Assembly: GCA_951406725.2 (NCBI GenBank)
Contig: OX597822.1
Span: 53,382,001-53,446,000, forward strand
Length of the DNA stretch: 64,000 nt
Direction: 5' to 3'
Source: Octopus vulgaris
Lineage: Eukaryota
Shown: in pieces, positions 40,819 to 55,442 of the stretch
Layout: each line of letters begins with the position of its first letter
Numbering within the stretch: the first letter of the stretch is position 1
The notes under the pieces: model-generated
What the model was told of the DNA's origin: nothing
What the model saw: only the letters and a program-made list of their open reading frames with translations
The model's database searches: none
Translations under genes and position numbers: made by a program

Positions 40819-40939
<121 letters not shown>

Positions 40940-40944
40940 CATAC

Positions 40945-42183
40945 ATACTTTGATAGGTTTCGGCCATCATTGGCCCAGGCCATGTCTAACTTAATAGCAT
41001 CATTTGGTGAAGTCTTTCAAGTCAGAATTTGGGCACTATGGCCCACTCAAGTAGAGAGTTATTGTTTACAGAGACATATCTGGGTGTAGGGGGTTTATCC
41101 GGGATTTCTTGAAGGAATCTGTCCAAAGACTTCTTGAACCCTATAGGGTCAGTTTCTGTTTTAATGTGTTTTGGTGTAATGTTAAAGAGAGCGGGGCCAA
41201 TTGAGGTGAAATAATTGTGCCGTATTGTTGTTATGAGATGAGAGTGCGATTTTTGTTTTGGGCGGATAGCACGGGGCCCAAGCCTTGGATGTACCTTAAA
41301 GGTGATGCCAACATCATTTGGGCAATGCTGATGGAATATTTTCCACATCATGCAGATGATGTAGCGCTCACGACGACGTTGGAGAGAATAAAGTTTTAGC
41401 TTTTCTAGTCGACCCCAATAGTCGAGGCCTGTCATGCCATCTATCTTTTTTGTGATTGCCCTTTGAGGTGCTTCAACTTTTATGATACCTTGTATTGTGT
41501 GGGGAGACCACAGTGGACAACAGTATTCAAGGTGGGGTCGGGCAAAAGTGGAGAAGAGAAGGATAATGGTGTGGATATCTCTCGACTGGAAAGTTCTGAG
41601 AATCCAGGAACACATTCTGCGGGCCATGTCAACTTTGGTGTTTATATGAGTGGCCCAGCTTATGTTGTTGTCGACAATTACTCCCAAGTCTCTGATGTTG
41701 TTGGACGCTGCGAGAGTTTCACCTGAAGGAAGGGAGTATGGGAGTTTCAGGGCATCCTCTTTTCCAAAGTGGATTAACTCAAATTTATCCTCGTTCAGCA
41801 GCATATTGTTTTTTTCTGCCCATTGGATAACAGCCAGTAGATCTGACTGAAGGCATGTCCGGTCACTCGCCTCATTTATGACCTTCTGTAGCTTGGAATC
41901 ATCTGCAAAAATTTTTATGTTGCTGTGCTTGATGATGTCATTAATGTCATTAATGTAAATGATGAAAAGAAGTGGGCCCAGCACAGTGCCTTGCGGAACG
42001 CCACTACTGACTTTGGCTGGGCTTGATTTTACCCCTTCAACTACAACATGTTGAGATCTGTCTGTCAGGAAACACTTGATCCATTTCAGTAACTTTCCAG
42101 AGACACCAATGTTGGATAGTTTTTTCAATAGGATCTTGTGATCGATCCTGTCGAAGGCCTTACTGAAATCAAGGTAGATGACA
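40945..42183 (-). mobile_element. 5'-truncated CR1-group LINE with uninterrupted RT and C-terminal frame, inserted in (TA)n
   Basis: VIYLDFSKAFDRIDHKILL, SGVPQGTVLGPLLF, IFADDSKL, RDLGVIVD, RPHLEYCCPLWSP and LYSLQRRRER. The frame is open from ~42183 to the stop at 41022, followed by a short 3'UTR. Confidence 0.93.
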
Positions 42184-42189
42184 TATATG

Positions 42190-42247
<58 letters not shown>

Positions 42248-42367
42248 TCAGGTATCTAGAGAGATACCTAACGATATAGGTTCGTTCTATGAACCCACGA
42301 AAGTTGAAGTTCCATGAAAGTGTGTCAAACTGTTATCAAATAATGATAATAATAAAAATACATACAT

Positions 42368-42438
<71 letters not shown>

Positions 42439-42894
42439 CTCACACGCACGCACATACACACACATGTTATGATGATATAAAATCAACTGATGCCGTTGTC
42501 ACCGAGGTTTCTTCAAACCAGAGACTATAACGTAGTAGTTTCTTCGGTCCACTTTCACTTAAATGGGGGGTTGGGAGTGTAAACGTCAACCACCACAATA
42601 GTTCATGTAGCTGCAGCTTACATCCGCGGTGTTATTAAAGCGGAAAGTGATATTTCCGTTATTGTGTTCGACGTAATCTCACAATAGAAGAGATGATAAA
42701 AACGAGTGGTTGTTCAAAGAGTTTTATAAGAAAAACTTGAGGGCGTTAAAGTGAAATCAAAAGTATTACATCTATATCGCACATTGTAATGTAGTGTTGG
42801 TGGTAATTTTATAATATAAAAAGGAAACAAGAAGTAAAAATATAGATAGATAGACAGATAGATAGATAGATAGGTTGGTAAGTAGGTAGGTAGG

Positions 42895-42927
<33 letters not shown>

Positions 42928-43871
42928 AGGGAGAGAGAGAGAGATACTTCAAGTTCAAGACTCTGCCTCTACTTGCTGTTAATACATTCACTGACTAGAT
43001 GTTCATATTTAATAGTAATAAGCGCTAGTATAATATATGTAATAATCCAAGACATTTTTTTATAAAAAAAAAGATTACACTCGCATTTTTTAAGTAATTA
43101 ATTTTGATCAAAATATCAAAAATGTATTAGATATCGAGCTTATTGAAAAGGTAGTTTGATTTTTGATAATGGATTAACAATTATGGATAAGTTTCCGTCT
43201 TATGAGACCTCCTTAATTAAACATAGTCTAACCGTAACTACAATTTACCACAGGCATCGTAGTTATTAAATTATAATGAATTTCCACCTGATTATTTCAA
43301 AATATATTTCACAAATGTTGAAGCAAAAATGATATTAGCCTAAACTGTTCTCATAAAATTATTATAAACTATGCGAAAGGCAGTGAATTTGCAGAGCAAC
43401 AGAGGAAATTCCTTGTCGACTTCTTTTCCTCTTTCCTCTTTCTGACATCGAAAAAATAAAGTACCAGTCTCGTACTGGGGTCGAGAAGTCGATGTAATCG
43501 ACTTGCTTCCTGTTCAAATGTTTGCTGACCTTGCGCCAAAACTAGAAATAATTATTTAACTATCCTAAGCGCGAAAGATTGACGGAATCGTTAAAATATT
43601 GAAAAATATTTCTTGCACTGTTTATTCTGGCTCTATACATATTGCGTTCAAATCATGTCGAAGACAAATATACTTCCTTTCATCCATCTAGGTTCGATAA
43701 AATAAAGTACTAGTCACGTACAGGGATCGATGTAAGCAATAATTGACTGCCATGTTGATTGCCATGACACTGCATCCTTTAAGGCCCTCATGCTTTCCGA
43801 AATCCGCCGAAACTACACCTGATTATATATACACTTTAGATGAGTTGTAGTGCACCTGAGCACTGTACACA

Positions 43872-43934
<63 letters not shown>

Positions 43935-44846
43935 AAACACCTGACCTCGAGTCTGAGTGTCTTGCGCTATAATTAGCAATTATTTTACTAACATTTAATG
44001 CTAGTAAGTTCCTTTACGTATTTTCACACTCATAAAAATTAGTCTTTAATCGCTCTCCAAACGTAGTTCCTTCATTCGTTTGATCATTATAAGATGTGTA
44101 ACTCTTCCGTTAGCCACCTTTTTTAATTTAAATTGCATATTGATATATTCGCTAAATATCTTTATGACGCATAAGTTATTGCCTTCTTTATCAGTTATCA
44201 TCTTCTAAACATTATCCAATATATTATATTTCAATAACCTTCTTTATTTGGACAACAATCCTTCTTGTAGATAGTTCATTGTACTCTGTTGCTCATAAGC
44301 GAGAACAAACACTCTTAACTCCTTTCGTGTGCCCTATCTATTCAAATTAACTCATATTCTTATTCGGAATATAGCCTATGCTCACTATGACGAGGGAAAC
44401 GAAAAATTTTTTTTTCAATTGTTGATAATGCCAGTCACTGATCTGTGATCCCTTGATTTATCTCCTTTTTTTTTTTTGTATTTTGGAGAAAATAAATATA
44501 CATTTATCTTCTGCGTGGATAAATATACATTTATTTTCTGCGTGAGTACCCTGGGTGATTTTCATATTTCTTTCCGCATCTTTTAATATATTTTTATAAA
44601 AGCGTTCTAAGATTGTTGTGCATTCTAGCAAGTTTATTGATCCAGAAGTTAGAATTTTCATATTTTTCCCGATAGCTTTCAGTTTATGGTCTTTGCGATG
44701 TAAGCTTTCTGACTTGGATATTGACTTCAAGACATATTCACTCCCAGGCGTGTCCACAACTGATAAGGTTTTTATTTGTTTTTTCTGTATCCATCTAGTT
44801 TCATTATTTTACTGCTTATTATAATATTTCTATACTGCGGCTTGCA

Positions 44847-44886
<40 letters not shown>

Positions 44887-45747
44887 CCCCACACACACTC
44901 TCTCTCTCTCTCTCTCTCTCTCACATACACACACTCTTTCTCTCTCACACGCACATACATACACTCTCTCACTTTCTCACATACATTCTCTCTCTCTCTC
45001 ACACATACACTCTCTCTCTCGCACACACATACACTCTCTCTCACACATACACTCTCTCACACACACATACACTCTCTCTCTCTTTCACACACACACATAC
45101 ACACTCTCTCTCTCTCTCACACACATATACACTTTCTCTTTCTCTCATACACATACATACACTCTCTCTCTCTTTCTGTCATGCACACACATATGCACTC
45201 TCTCTCCCTATCTCGCATATACACACACATACACACACACACTCTCTCTCTCTCACACACACACACACATACTCTCTCCCTCCCTCTTCCTCTCTCTCTT
45301 AAACGTACCCTATATATTCTCTACATAGTTTAAGGAACCGAGTTTATGATATCTATAGTTTTTCTCAGAATTTACAAGGCATTCTTTGTAGATTATTCTT
45401 ATGGAATGCTCTTTACAAGATATTCTTTCTGCATATTATTCTGTTTTTAAAAAGCTGTTCAGTATGTGAATCTTCTTTCTATGTGTAGCCTATCTTTCCT
45501 TTGTATTCGTTGCAGTTTATTTTATTTTTGTGGCTAGAGAGGTTATCAATTTGTTTTATATTGGCCCCCGCTTTACACTACTTTGTTCCTTTCTTCCTAT
45601 TTTTCACACGCGTCTACTTCCTTTCCAAGAAATTTTATTGTTAGGAATTGATGCAATGATTGCACCTAATTCACCCTCGCAACGTTGTCACCACTTCTAC
45701 AGCAGTGACCGATCAAGTGGTGCTCATGACTTCGTGGACACTAAGGC

Positions 45748-45821
<74 letters not shown>

Positions 45822-46120
45822 TTATTTATATATTTTTATATACTCTTTTACTCTTTTACTCTTTTACTTGTTTCAGCCATCCGGCTGAGGCCATAAATAT
45901 ATATATACATATATATAAATATATATATATACATATATACACATTTATATATATATATATATATACATATGTATTTATATATATATACATATATATAAAT
46001 ATATATATACATATATATAAATATATATTTATATATATACATTTATATATATAAATATATATAAATATTTATATATATAAATATATATATATATATTTAT
46101 GTATATAAATATATATATAC

Positions 46121-46158
<38 letters not shown>

Positions 46159-46270
46159 TTATATATATATAAATATATATTTATATATATATATAGATAT
46201 GAATATAAATATATATAAATATATATATAAATATAGATATAAATATAAATATATATAAATATATATACAT

Positions 46271-46326
<56 letters not shown>

Positions 46327-46558
46327 GGTTAATTGCAACAAGTTACTCAAAACTACATACCGAAAATATTAGAAATAGCAGCCAAATTGATCACTATTTC
46401 TCCTACTAATAAAAACGTCTCCACAAACAAACAGAATTTGTAACCCGTATATGGTAAAAAGAATATAATTCTTACCAAATATGGTCTTTTCCATACCGAT
46501 AAATCTACTAGGTGAAATTTATTAATTTTATTAAATTAATTATATTTCACTCTTTTTT

Positions 46559-46611
<53 letters not shown>

Positions 46612-46639
46612 TAGCACCCTACCAAGTATTTGGCACCCG

Positions 46640-46890
46640 GTAATAAGAATCCATCGACAGTTTTTCTCCAAGTTGTTAACCATTCTCTGACTGCTGCCTT
46701 CGGAGAGAAATCGGTTACCCTAGATTTTGATCTTAGGACAGTGTTTCAGAGAGTTTTCATAATTGCTAAATTTCTGCCTCCCATTCTCGGAGCTGATCTC
46801 TTGCTTTACTTCAGGATTTTAGTATACGGGAAACATCACAGACTCCTAGATTCCACCATTGGTCTCAACGTTCATGGCATTAGTACTGGC
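46640..46890 (+). mobile_element. Gypsy/Ty3 LTR retrotransposon protease remnant
   Basis: LQVVNHS..AFGEKSVTLDFDLRTVFQRVFIIA..PPILGADLL..RLLDS matches the C-terminal half of a retropepsin (ILGxD motif). Confidence 0.7.
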
Positions 46891-47029
46891 AAGTACAATG
46901 TAATGTTCAGGCAAGTACAATGTAATTCATCACTAGTACCCTTATATTGTACGCTTTGTTTTATAATTGTCTATTGACTCATCTCATGACTTACTATGTA
47001 ACCCAACAGATCGTCACTATTAAACAATC

Positions 47030-47367
47030 AGGTTTTTGTACATTATTTACACTATTTACATTTGACGGATATTTGTCCTCATCTTGTTTTTTGTTAACAC
47101 AACGTTTCGCTAATATACCCTCCAGCCTTCATCAGGTGTCTTGGGGGAAATTTCGAACATGCGTTCTCATTCCTAAGGTATTTTTCGATGTTATTATTAT
47201 TATTGTTCAGGTCATTGGCTTTATTGAGTTCACATGATCTAACAGCACTTGGACATCTTCCTGGTGGGGCTAGAGTATAAAGGTGTCATCAACATATCGT
47301 AGCCATAGTGTTGGTTTTAGTGGTGTTGATCCGAAAGCCAAATTCTCAAAGTATTCCACGTACATAT
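47030..47367 (-). mobile_element. Internally deleted Penelope/Poseidon-type element (RT fragment fused to pseudo-LTR)
   Basis: YVEYFENLAFGSTPLKPTLWLRYVDDTFIL*PHQEDVQVLLDHVNSIKP at ~47215-47365. Confidence 0.85.
47096..47140 (-). ncRNA. Minimal type I hammerhead ribozyme in a Penelope pseudo-LTR
   Basis: - strand GACAC-CTGATGA-AGGCTG-GAGGGTATAT-TAGC-GAAAC-GTT-GTGTT. Stem III is the palindrome AACGTT. It lies directly downstream of a Penelope RT fragment. Confidence 0.75.
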
Positions 47368-48398
47368 AAAAAAGTATAAGGTAGACACACAGTTTATAAT
47401 TTTACATTTTAATAAATTTCTTGATCTTTATACAACATGAGGAAATGAATAGTAATTTTCAAAAGAAAAATATTAATTGCCTTTAAATAAACTTAAATAA
47501 AGCACATTTCCTATTTGTATGACTCCTCCTATAAATATTCTACCATTTACTCCCTTCTCTCCTTGTCCTGCCACCAAGCCTAATATATGTACTCATCCTG
47601 AACCATTTACGTTAATTCTCTCAGCATTTCTTTTTTACCTTCTCCCCTCTTCTCTCGATGCGATATATAATGTGACTAGAGAAATCAATCAATCTAACAA
47701 CCGACAATACTATCGGCTGTTTATAAAAAAGGAATTATAATTTGAACGAGACAGTAATTCACACAACTTTATTGTAAGTGCAACTTGATGACCTCCAGAT
47801 ATCGTGGGATGTGTCATATCTATAGGTTATTCCACCATATAACTTCCTGTGTGATTTATGGATGTTCTTGGATAAAAGTTTTCTGGTGGAGGGGGGGTGA
47901 CCTTTTGAATGATTGCACCCAACACGGTGAGGTACTTATTCAACTCTAGTACTTATATTGTTATGGTTTACTACAAGGAGGAAAGGAAGTGTCAATGATC
48001 TTAGACACAAAAGTAGAGTTCGAGTATGTTCTGCAAATTTGTGTTGCTCATCTATCTAGCTCGTCTATCGTTGAGAATGACGACAGGAAATTTATCTGCA
48101 GACCAGATATTTCATTCAAATGTTTACAACAGAGTGAACCAAGACGCTGTCAATGCCAGTGACTTCGCAAATTATTATTCACACTATGATCAATATTTAG
48201 CACACCGGACATGCTTAGCGACATTTCGTCTGGTTTTACGATCTGAGTTCAAATTCCGCCAAGGTCCACTTTTCCTTTCATCCTTTCGGAGTCGATAAAA
48301 TAAGTACCAATTGAGCACTAGAGTCAATGTGATCGACTTACCCCATCCCATGAAATTACTGGCTTTTGCCAAAATTTAAAACTTTTGTTATTGTTGTT

Positions 48399-48443
<45 letters not shown>

Positions 48444-48445
<2 letters not shown>

Positions 48446-49065
48446 TCAGTAGTCTTGTTTTCATCACGTGCTTTCACTGCACTACCAAGCGCAGCTCTGT
48501 GTGCCTTAGGTATGTGCTGTGGTTTGTTGTGGTGCTCTTATTTTTACTGTATTTAAAGTGTTTTATGTACAGTGTGTGCGGTGCCTAGCAGTGCTATTTT
48601 CTGTATGTTACATATACTTGTAAGTCCTGGTGTTTTTGTTATGTATTTGTCTGAATGTTATTTTTTTATCATGCCAAATGTGCCTACTGCAATAGGAATT
48701 GTTTCGATTTTTATGATTCCAGTTACCTCTGTTTCCAGATTTTTGTATTTTGAAAGTTTCTCCATTTCTTTTAGAGAAACATTGTCATCTGTTGGTATAG
48801 ATACATCGATTAGAAAGCATGGGTTTTTTTTATGATCTCTGACAACTATATCCGATCTGTTGGCCTTAATTTCTCTATCTGTGTGTATTGGCATATCCCA
48901 GAGTGTGGTTGCTTTCTCATTTTCTGAGATGTGACTATACCATTGTTTTTCTCCTGTTATTCCAGTGTATATAGAACCCAACTATGTCGTGTCTGTGAAT
49001 ATATTCCTTCTTAGCCAGGACTCGGTAGCCAGAGACAATATGATTTATTATTTCTTCTCCATCAC
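48444..49065 (-). mobile_element. 5'-truncated R4/Dong fragment, same family as 2258-2957
   Basis: TLWDMPIHTDREIKANRSDIVVRDHKKNPCFLIDVSIPTDDNVSLKEMEKLSKY. The 3'UTR is shared with 2258-2400 and ends in (TAA)n. Confidence 0.88.
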
Positions 49066-49107
49066 ATTGCTGGGATTTTGCTTTGCCTATTTCTTCTTCT
49101 CCTTCTT

Positions 49108-49202
<95 letters not shown>

Positions 49203-50642
49203 TGGTTGTTGTCTTGAGGTTTTGTGACTATTTTGTTGTTGTTATAGTTGTTGTCGCTGTCGTTGTTATTGTTTCTTACGTAGCACTTCGCTCCAGAGAC
49301 TCGTTAAAATCATCCCTCAAAATTCATATCAATATTGCTTGTTGATAGCAGCTTGTGAAAATCTTACTGGAATTGGAAATAAGAAAGAAGAATGAATACC
49401 GGGCTTTTACTTAGTACAAGATATCAAACAAGACTTTAACATTCTCATAAAAGACTTGTCTTTCTTTGAATTAACCTGGACATTATGTAAATTATAACAC
49501 TGGCATCTTCGCAGACGTGGTCGAATGGCAAACAAATAACCAATTAGCAACCAATATCTTTCTGCACAATTTCCCACGGCTTTTGCCTCACATTTTCTTT
49601 AAATATTTAATATTATATTCAATAGCGTAATTCTAAAGAAAGCTTTTTACATATTTCTCCTACTTTTAATCTCTACCTAAGCTAACAATCTGTCTCATAT
49701 ACCAGAGTTCATTTGTAAAGTTCTAACCGGAAACAGCTCTCTCTGTGGTATCATCTCTGTGGAACTTGAAATATTTTATTATCAAAGAAGTATTTGTTCC
49801 AATCTCAAGCTTGAGGTCCCCATGATTCACCGTATCCCCCTTCCCATCCTTTTAAGCTTCGAAGTTCTGAAGATACTAAAATATCAAAGACTTTAATGTT
49901 GGTTTTTCCTAAGTTGCCATAACTTATTTATTTTCTATTGCATGGTTTCATTGATGTCAAAACTCTCAGAACGTTAATGTTCTTAGACTCAATATAATTC
50001 GGAAATGGTGTTGAAGTTACTTTTAGTCATTCTTTCTTATTCTAAATAATTTCAAATGGATTATTTCAGTAACATTATCATTCCTTCTTTTCTGTTCTTC
50101 TCCACCCATTTTTCTCTAATTCTATATTCAATATGTCCTATTTTCAGACTTTTTCTCCATATGGTTGATATCATTATGTCTATGTAGTCTTCATACCTCA
50201 ATCAGTCAGGCTTGTTTAAGGATCCGCATCTAAGTAAATTTTATATAATTATTTTTGTACAAAATATAAGTGACTACCCATGTGGTAAGTTTCCTCTTGT
50301 TACGTCTCTGATGTTGTCTAAAGGAAGCACTAAGTCAGACACAACTCTACACCAGTACCGCCACAGGCTAACTCAGAGCGTAAAAAGCTTGAACAAACAC
50401 CTTAAGGCATTTGATCCAATACTGCATCAATTGCACCAATCCACTTCTCTAGTTGATCTTATCGAGAGCTTATTGTTTCAGACGGAAATCTTGTCTAATT
50501 TTTAAATTTAATCTGTGTAACCCGCACTCTCATTTTCTTAAGAAACACGATTTTTGTTAGTTAAACAAACAAAACAAGCAAGTCATATATATATCGTTAG
50601 CCACTACACACATTTTTTCTCTCCTTGTTTTTTTCTGTGTCC

Positions 50643-50678
50643 CTTTCTGTAGAAGAGCGTAGGCTCGAAACGTAAAAG
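50643..50678 (+). ncRNA. Minimal hammerhead-like motif (core variant CUGUAGA) in a ~170-bp element (50600-50770)
   Basis: CTTT-CTGTAGA-A-GAGC-GTAG-GCTC-GAAAC-GTA-AAAG. All three stems are present, with one core deviation. Confidence 0.6.
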
Positions 50679-51647
50679 ACTTTTTCTATTCATGAGCGTT
50701 ATACTAATACATCTGTTTGTTTTGCACACCACCTGTCTTCGTCTTTTGTTTTTTTCGTAAACTCCCCCTATATATTTGTATATATATATATATATATATA
50801 TATATTTGAAGAAGTCGACCACAGGTCTTATTGTTTGTAAGCCTAGTACTAATTCTATCCCAATCATTTGCCGAACTGCTAGGTTACGGAGACACAGACG
50901 CACCAACATCGGTTGTCAAGCGATAGTGGGGGAACGAACACAGACACAACGACACACTCATATAATTATGTGTCTATATATATGTATATATATGACGGGC
51001 TTGTTTCAGTTTCCGTATACCAGATTCACTCACAAGGCTTTAGTCAGCCCGAGGCTAGATAAAGGTCACTTCCCCAAGGTGTCACGCAGTGGCACTAAAA
51101 CCGGAACCATCGGGATGGGAAGCAAGCTTCTTACCACACAGCCATAGCAATTTCGTTATGGAAATACAAAGTAGCTTAGAATGAAAAATGAACCGACCCT
51201 TGTTTCGTCCTGCAAAGCTAGAGTATACAGATCTTCATTAAGCAAATGGATATTAACTCTCTTTCCTTATATATCATTTAATCATAATATATACAAAAAA
51301 ACTTATGCCGATATATTTCCATATGCATATATGTATGTGTCCGTGCGAGTGTGTGTGTCCCTACGTGTGTGAGTGTGTGTGTGTGTGTTTGTTGGTAGAT
51401 ATACACGCGCGTGTGCATATGTGTGCGTAGCAATACATACTGATTCATACTCGGGAGACATAAATGCAATTTAAAACAAAAAAGTCATGCATGTATATAT
51501 TGTGAATATACGGAGCTTACCTGGTTATAGAACTGTCGATAAGGTTCGCAATATATTCCATTGAAGAATATTATCAATGGATTACTTGGTCAGCGAGAAA
51601 GATTTCCATAATACTAAGTGAAGCTGATTCAATTGCAGTGAAAATCG

Positions 51648-51741
<94 letters not shown>

Positions 51742-51852
51742 ATTGATACACACATGTAGTATATATATATATATATGTACGTGACCGCGTTTGTATCGTT
51801 GGCGATTTTCTTTCTCAATCTTCCCTTTTTTGTACTTTTCCTTTTTTTCTAT

Positions 51853-51887
51853 ATTTCCGAGGAAGAGCTCCACTCGAAACGTTAAAT
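51853..51887 (+). ncRNA. Minimal hammerhead-like motif (core variant CCGAGGA) in a ~190-bp element (51780-51968)
   Basis: ATTT-CCGAGGA-A-GAG-CTCCA-CTC-GAAAC-GTT-AAAT, with the element flanked by (TA)n. Confidence 0.55.
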
Positions 51888-52112
51888 CCTCCTTCTTTCT
51901 TTCCTTTCCTGAACGTCTAATAACACTATACTTGTTCCACGTCCTCGCGTTGTTCTGTTTTTGACTATATATATATATATAATGTGTGTGTAAGTAAGTA
52001 TGTATGTATGTATGAATGCATGTATATATACACTCACCCTGGTTGCGCCCGCTTGATGAAAATGAATATACGAATAAATATGGTCATATATATGCAAATA
52101 TGCGTTTATACA

Positions 52113-52173
<61 letters not shown>

Positions 52174-52373
52174 ATTTATATATATGCATATAAAATATAA
52201 ATATATATGCATACATATTTACTTAAGTATATAAATACATGATGATATAGATATTCCCATGTGCATAATATAATTCTAAAATTATATATGTATTCATATA
52301 TAATTACAATCACACACACATATAAACATGCATATGTATATATATATATATATATAGGGAGAGAAAGAGAGAA

Positions 52374-52442
<69 letters not shown>

Positions 52443-52794
52443 ATTTGTAAAAAAAAACAATCACACAAGAACATGTAATAATTAGTAACATGTAATATGA
52501 TTTCACCAATTCTTTTAAGTTCCTATGTAGTCACGGGCAGACAAAGACATCTAGACTCTGCCATTCTTTGACCCTAGCGGCGCATCCAAGATATAACAGC
52601 TGGAAGAAGAGAACTGCAGCAGTACTCGCCTGGTAAGCATTCTCAGCTGAATCGCCAGGAATAAAGATGTAAAGCGTTGTCTCTTCCTCAACGGAGTCCA
52701 GAAATTATAATCGTGAGCCGTACTCCCTAACCATCGGTCCACTTTCCTTTACACACACACACACACAATCAAGTACAGACAATATATATATCTA

Positions 52795-53130
52795 TAGATA
52801 ATAGTATCTTTTAAGCTTAAATCTTATAGTGATCACTGCTCAATGACTAAAGGGGGTAAAGACCCCCTTCGGTCATGAATGACCATGGGATTGCACCTAG
52901 AAAGTTACCCTCCTAGACACAAGTCTGGGCAAGGTTGTTTTTATGGAAGGCCAGCAGTCGCCCATGCATACCAGCCTCAATGACTAAAGAAAATAGTCTA
53001 ATAATGGGACATATAAGCCCTCGGCAGAAAACCTAATTTTTCTGTCGAAGTCTTATGTTTCCCATTATTAGACTATTTTCTTTAGTCGTTGCTCAGTAAT
53101 TGCTTTAAGATTATAAAATACTATTATTTA
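52795..53130. mobile_element. Palindromic MITE interrupted by a SINE 3' fragment (52853-52975, - strand) with a 14-bp target-site duplication
   Basis: Arms CAATGACTAAAGAAAATAGTCTAATAATGGGA and TCCCATTATTAGACTATTTTCTTTAGTCGTTG. The TSD CTCAATGACTAAAG is at 52839-52852 and 52976-52989. The insert matches the 3' end of the SINE at 53593-53892. Confidence 0.8.
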
Positions 53131-53592
53131 CAGAATTGTAAAAATTGGCACTGCTTAAAACCATTCGCAGTAAAAAATCATATATATATTTTTTTTTTAA
53201 TATATTCTTATGTAAGTGCATATAAACCTTTTACGTATATAGATGTATACGTATGAATGAATATTAGAATGATAGTAGTATTAAAAGTACCATCGTTAGT
53301 GGCTGTGAAAACAACCCGTACAGCCAAAATAATAATAGCAATAATAATAATAATATATCTATATATATGTGTGTGTGTGTGTGTGTAATATATATATCAC
53401 TATAAATGGAAGTCAAAATATTTCTAAGCCACGACAAGAATCACACAATTAATACATGCATGATAGCAAAAAATTTCAGTCACCTCTATTATCGTCGTAC
53501 CTCCGCCAAGTCAACGGTTAAATTGATGTATACGTGTATATATATACATATGTGTGTGTGTGTATGTGTGTGTGTGTGTGTGTGCGTGTAGT

Positions 53593-53890
53593 GAAGGCGC
53601 ATGGCTCAGTGGTTAGAGCGTCGAGCTTACGATCGTGAGGTTGTGAGATCGAATCGCGGACCGGGCTGCTTGTCGTGTTCTTCAGCATGACACTTTATTT
53701 CACGTTACTCCAGTTCACTCAGCTGTAGAAATGAGTTGCGACGTCACAGGTGCCAAGCTGTATCGGCCTTTACCATTCCCATGGAGAGTGGACGCTTGGG
53801 CGACTGCTGGTCTTCCATAAACAACCTTGCCCGGACTTGTGCCTAGGAGGGTAACTTTCTAGGTGTAATCCCATGGTTAGTGTCGTGACC

Positions 53891-53892
<2 letters not shown>
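53593..53892 (+). mobile_element. tRNA-derived SINE with CORE-like domain
   Basis: A box TGGCTCAGTGGTTAGAGC, B box GAGATCGAATCGC, then GTGTTCTTCAGCATGACACTTTA...CTCAGCTGTAGAAATGAGT. Confidence 0.75.
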
Positions 53893-53927
<35 letters not shown>

Positions 53928-54147
53928 CATACATACATAGACACAAATGTATATATAAGCTAATACATATATATGCATATTCAAACATATTTTTATATAC
54001 ACTTGTACATACATAGCAACAAACATTTACTCATACAGTCATACATATATGTCCATATACATGCTTGAATGTAACTGTCTGTGTGTGCGAGCGCGTGTTT
54101 ATGAAATAGTTTGCGTGTTGTTTGTCTGTGTATGTACATGTATATAA

Positions 54148-54197
<50 letters not shown>

Positions 54198-54231
54198 GTA
54201 AGTGTGTGTGTGCGTGTGTGTATGTGTGTGC

Positions 54232-54267
<36 letters not shown>

Positions 54268-54277
54268 ATGTGCGTGT

Positions 54278-54576
54278 GGAGGCGCATGGCTCAGTTGTTA
54301 AACTGTGAAAACTCATGATTGTGAGATCGTGGGTTCGATTCCCAGACCGGGTGTTGCGTTGTGTTCTTGAGTAAAGCACTTCATTTCACGTTGCTCTGCG
54401 ATCATTTCGACATCTGACATGTGGCACCCGTTGCACCTGTACAGGTAATATCGATTTGATGGAGGGAGTGAGCTTATTTGTACCCAAACATTTGATCACT
54501 ACAAACAAATCATCCGTGTGGTTTTGCGGTAAGAAATTGTTGAATCCTCATACATCGTCTAACGACGGGAGAGTCC

Positions 54577-54580
<4 letters not shown>
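54278..54580 (+). mobile_element. tRNA-derived SINE family C
   Basis: GGAGGCGCATGGCTCAGTTGTTA...GGGTTCGATTCCCAGACCGGG head. The body is shared with 13980-14226. Confidence 0.75.
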
Positions 54581-54663
<83 letters not shown>

Positions 54664-54727
54664 ATGTATATATATACGTATGATGGACTCTCCCGTCTTT
54701 ATATATATATGTACGTACTTATGTGTG

Positions 54728-54766
<39 letters not shown>

Positions 54767-55014
54767 GTACCACGCACTCGAACACAGACGAACACGCAGC
54801 AAGGTCATGCATACAAACGCATACACATAAATGTATATATACATATATATACACATACACTCAGACATATATATCTACACACACATTCAGACACACACAT
54901 ACATAATACATACATACATGCATACATACATACATACATACATCATTCATACATACATACATACATACATACATACATACATACATACATACATACTTAC
55001 GTACGTACATACAC

Positions 55015-55442
55015 ATTGATCCAGTCAGTTGCGTTTCGAAGACGTCAAAGTTATCGCTTGCTAATTTTTTTCTCATTTTTTTTCATCTGGAACGGAAATA
55101 GAAAAAATGTTTCAATAACAAATATAATTACCTCATCTCCTTATATTTATGATCTTGAAAGGTAGTGTACGGTGCTTGATTCGTAGCTGATTCTCTATCT
55201 ATGCATACTTGGCAATTGCTACAGCTCACTCCTCCCACCTATATATACCTGTGTGTGCATATATATATTGGGAAGCGAACGTAGATTCAATCAACGGTAT
55301 CTTTAAAGATTATATATGTAAAAAGATGGCGTAACTATACTTGTAAGTGCAACATTTTTTTCTATATTTCCGTTCCAGATTAAGTAAGTTAACCAAGCAA
55401 TATTTCTGAAATCATGGAAACGCATCTTACTGGATCAACGAA
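55015..55442. mobile_element. MITE with ~130-bp imperfect terminal inverted repeats
   Basis: TTGATCCAGTCAGTTGCGTTTC...ATCTGGAACGGAAATAGAAAAAATGTT pairs with AACATTTTTTTCTATATTTCCGTTCCAGAT...GAAACGCATCTTACTGGATCAA. Confidence 0.75.

Noticed and set aside
42243-42310. Short inverted TCTTCAGGTATCT / AGATACCTAACGA resembling a ribozyme start
   Set aside because: It is too degenerate, with no stem III, NUH or stem I closure.
44458-44757. 99-aa - strand ORF
   Set aside because: It has no recognisable motif. It is possibly decayed retroelement sequence but cannot be supported.
54564-54697. 14-bp inverted repeat GACGGGAGAGTCCA / TGGACTCTCCCGTC around (TA)n
   Set aside because: It is most simply a tiny inverted remnant of the same SINE 3' end.
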